From the NCBI GenBank assembly GCA_951406725.2, contig OX597815.1:95480001-95544000 (forward strand): a DNA stretch of 64,000 nucleotides. The letters run 5' to 3'. This DNA comes from Octopus vulgaris (taxonomy: Eukaryota). The notes below the pieces were generated by a model. That model had not been told where the DNA came from. It searched no databases and saw only the letters and a program-made list of their open reading frames with translations. The number at the start of each line of letters is the position of its first letter. Position 1 is the stretch's first letter. Below are positions 63,608 through 64,000 of the stretch, piece by piece. The position numbers and the translations under genes are program-made.

Positions 63608-64000
63608 AAGCAAGTCTCACATTTAGAAATTCTGTTTTAAAGCAATTTATTTTCAGAATTAATTATTGATGGTCTAAAAAATATAGCAGGATTATTCACT
63701 AAACTTTGCAATTTAAGATACAAATAAATTTTTTAATGACGATTTGGGATAGGTAAAGTGTTTGAGTTATACGTCTACATTCAAGATATATCTTTAAACT
63801 TAAAGGCTAGGTTTTTTATTAGATTAATGTTTGTGAATGATTTTAATAAAATGATTGAATTTGGGCATTTACAGTTGGTGTTTAGAGATTCGGGTTACAC
63901 GTATATTTCAGAATATGATTAATATTTTGGGATAGGTTCAAATTATTGATATTGGATTAAGATTAGGCTTTCGTTTTAAGACAAAAGAAAACAAATATTT

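Overview
AT-rich, microsatellite-saturated animal genomic DNA, most likely octopus (inferred from the tRNA-SINE families, the (TA)/(CA) compound repeats and the transposon spectrum). I found no recognisable host protein-coding gene, and almost all ORFs in the track are microsatellite artefacts. The window is a mosaic of decayed mobile elements: about 9 Tc1/mariner/maT copies, a Chapaev3-like fragment, three R4/Dong-type LINE pieces (two in or beside (TAA)n), CR1-group LINE fragments, more than 10 tRNA-derived SINEs, and many Penelope-like elements (PLEs) and pseudo-LTRs, mostly embedded in (TA)n. The most notable signals are: (i) about a dozen type-I hammerhead-ribozyme (HHR)-like motifs, including an A6U core variant in three copies of one family, one attached to the youngest PLE; (ii) several PLE-derived fold-back structures (49 bp perfect, about 155 bp and about 300 bp arms); (iii) short HHR-bearing units that may be non-autonomous retrozyme-like elements; (iv) a few well-formed splice-site pairs on the minus strand near 44.4-49.6 kb that could belong to an unannotated transcript. 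All calls were made by eye without database searches, and boundaries are approximate.
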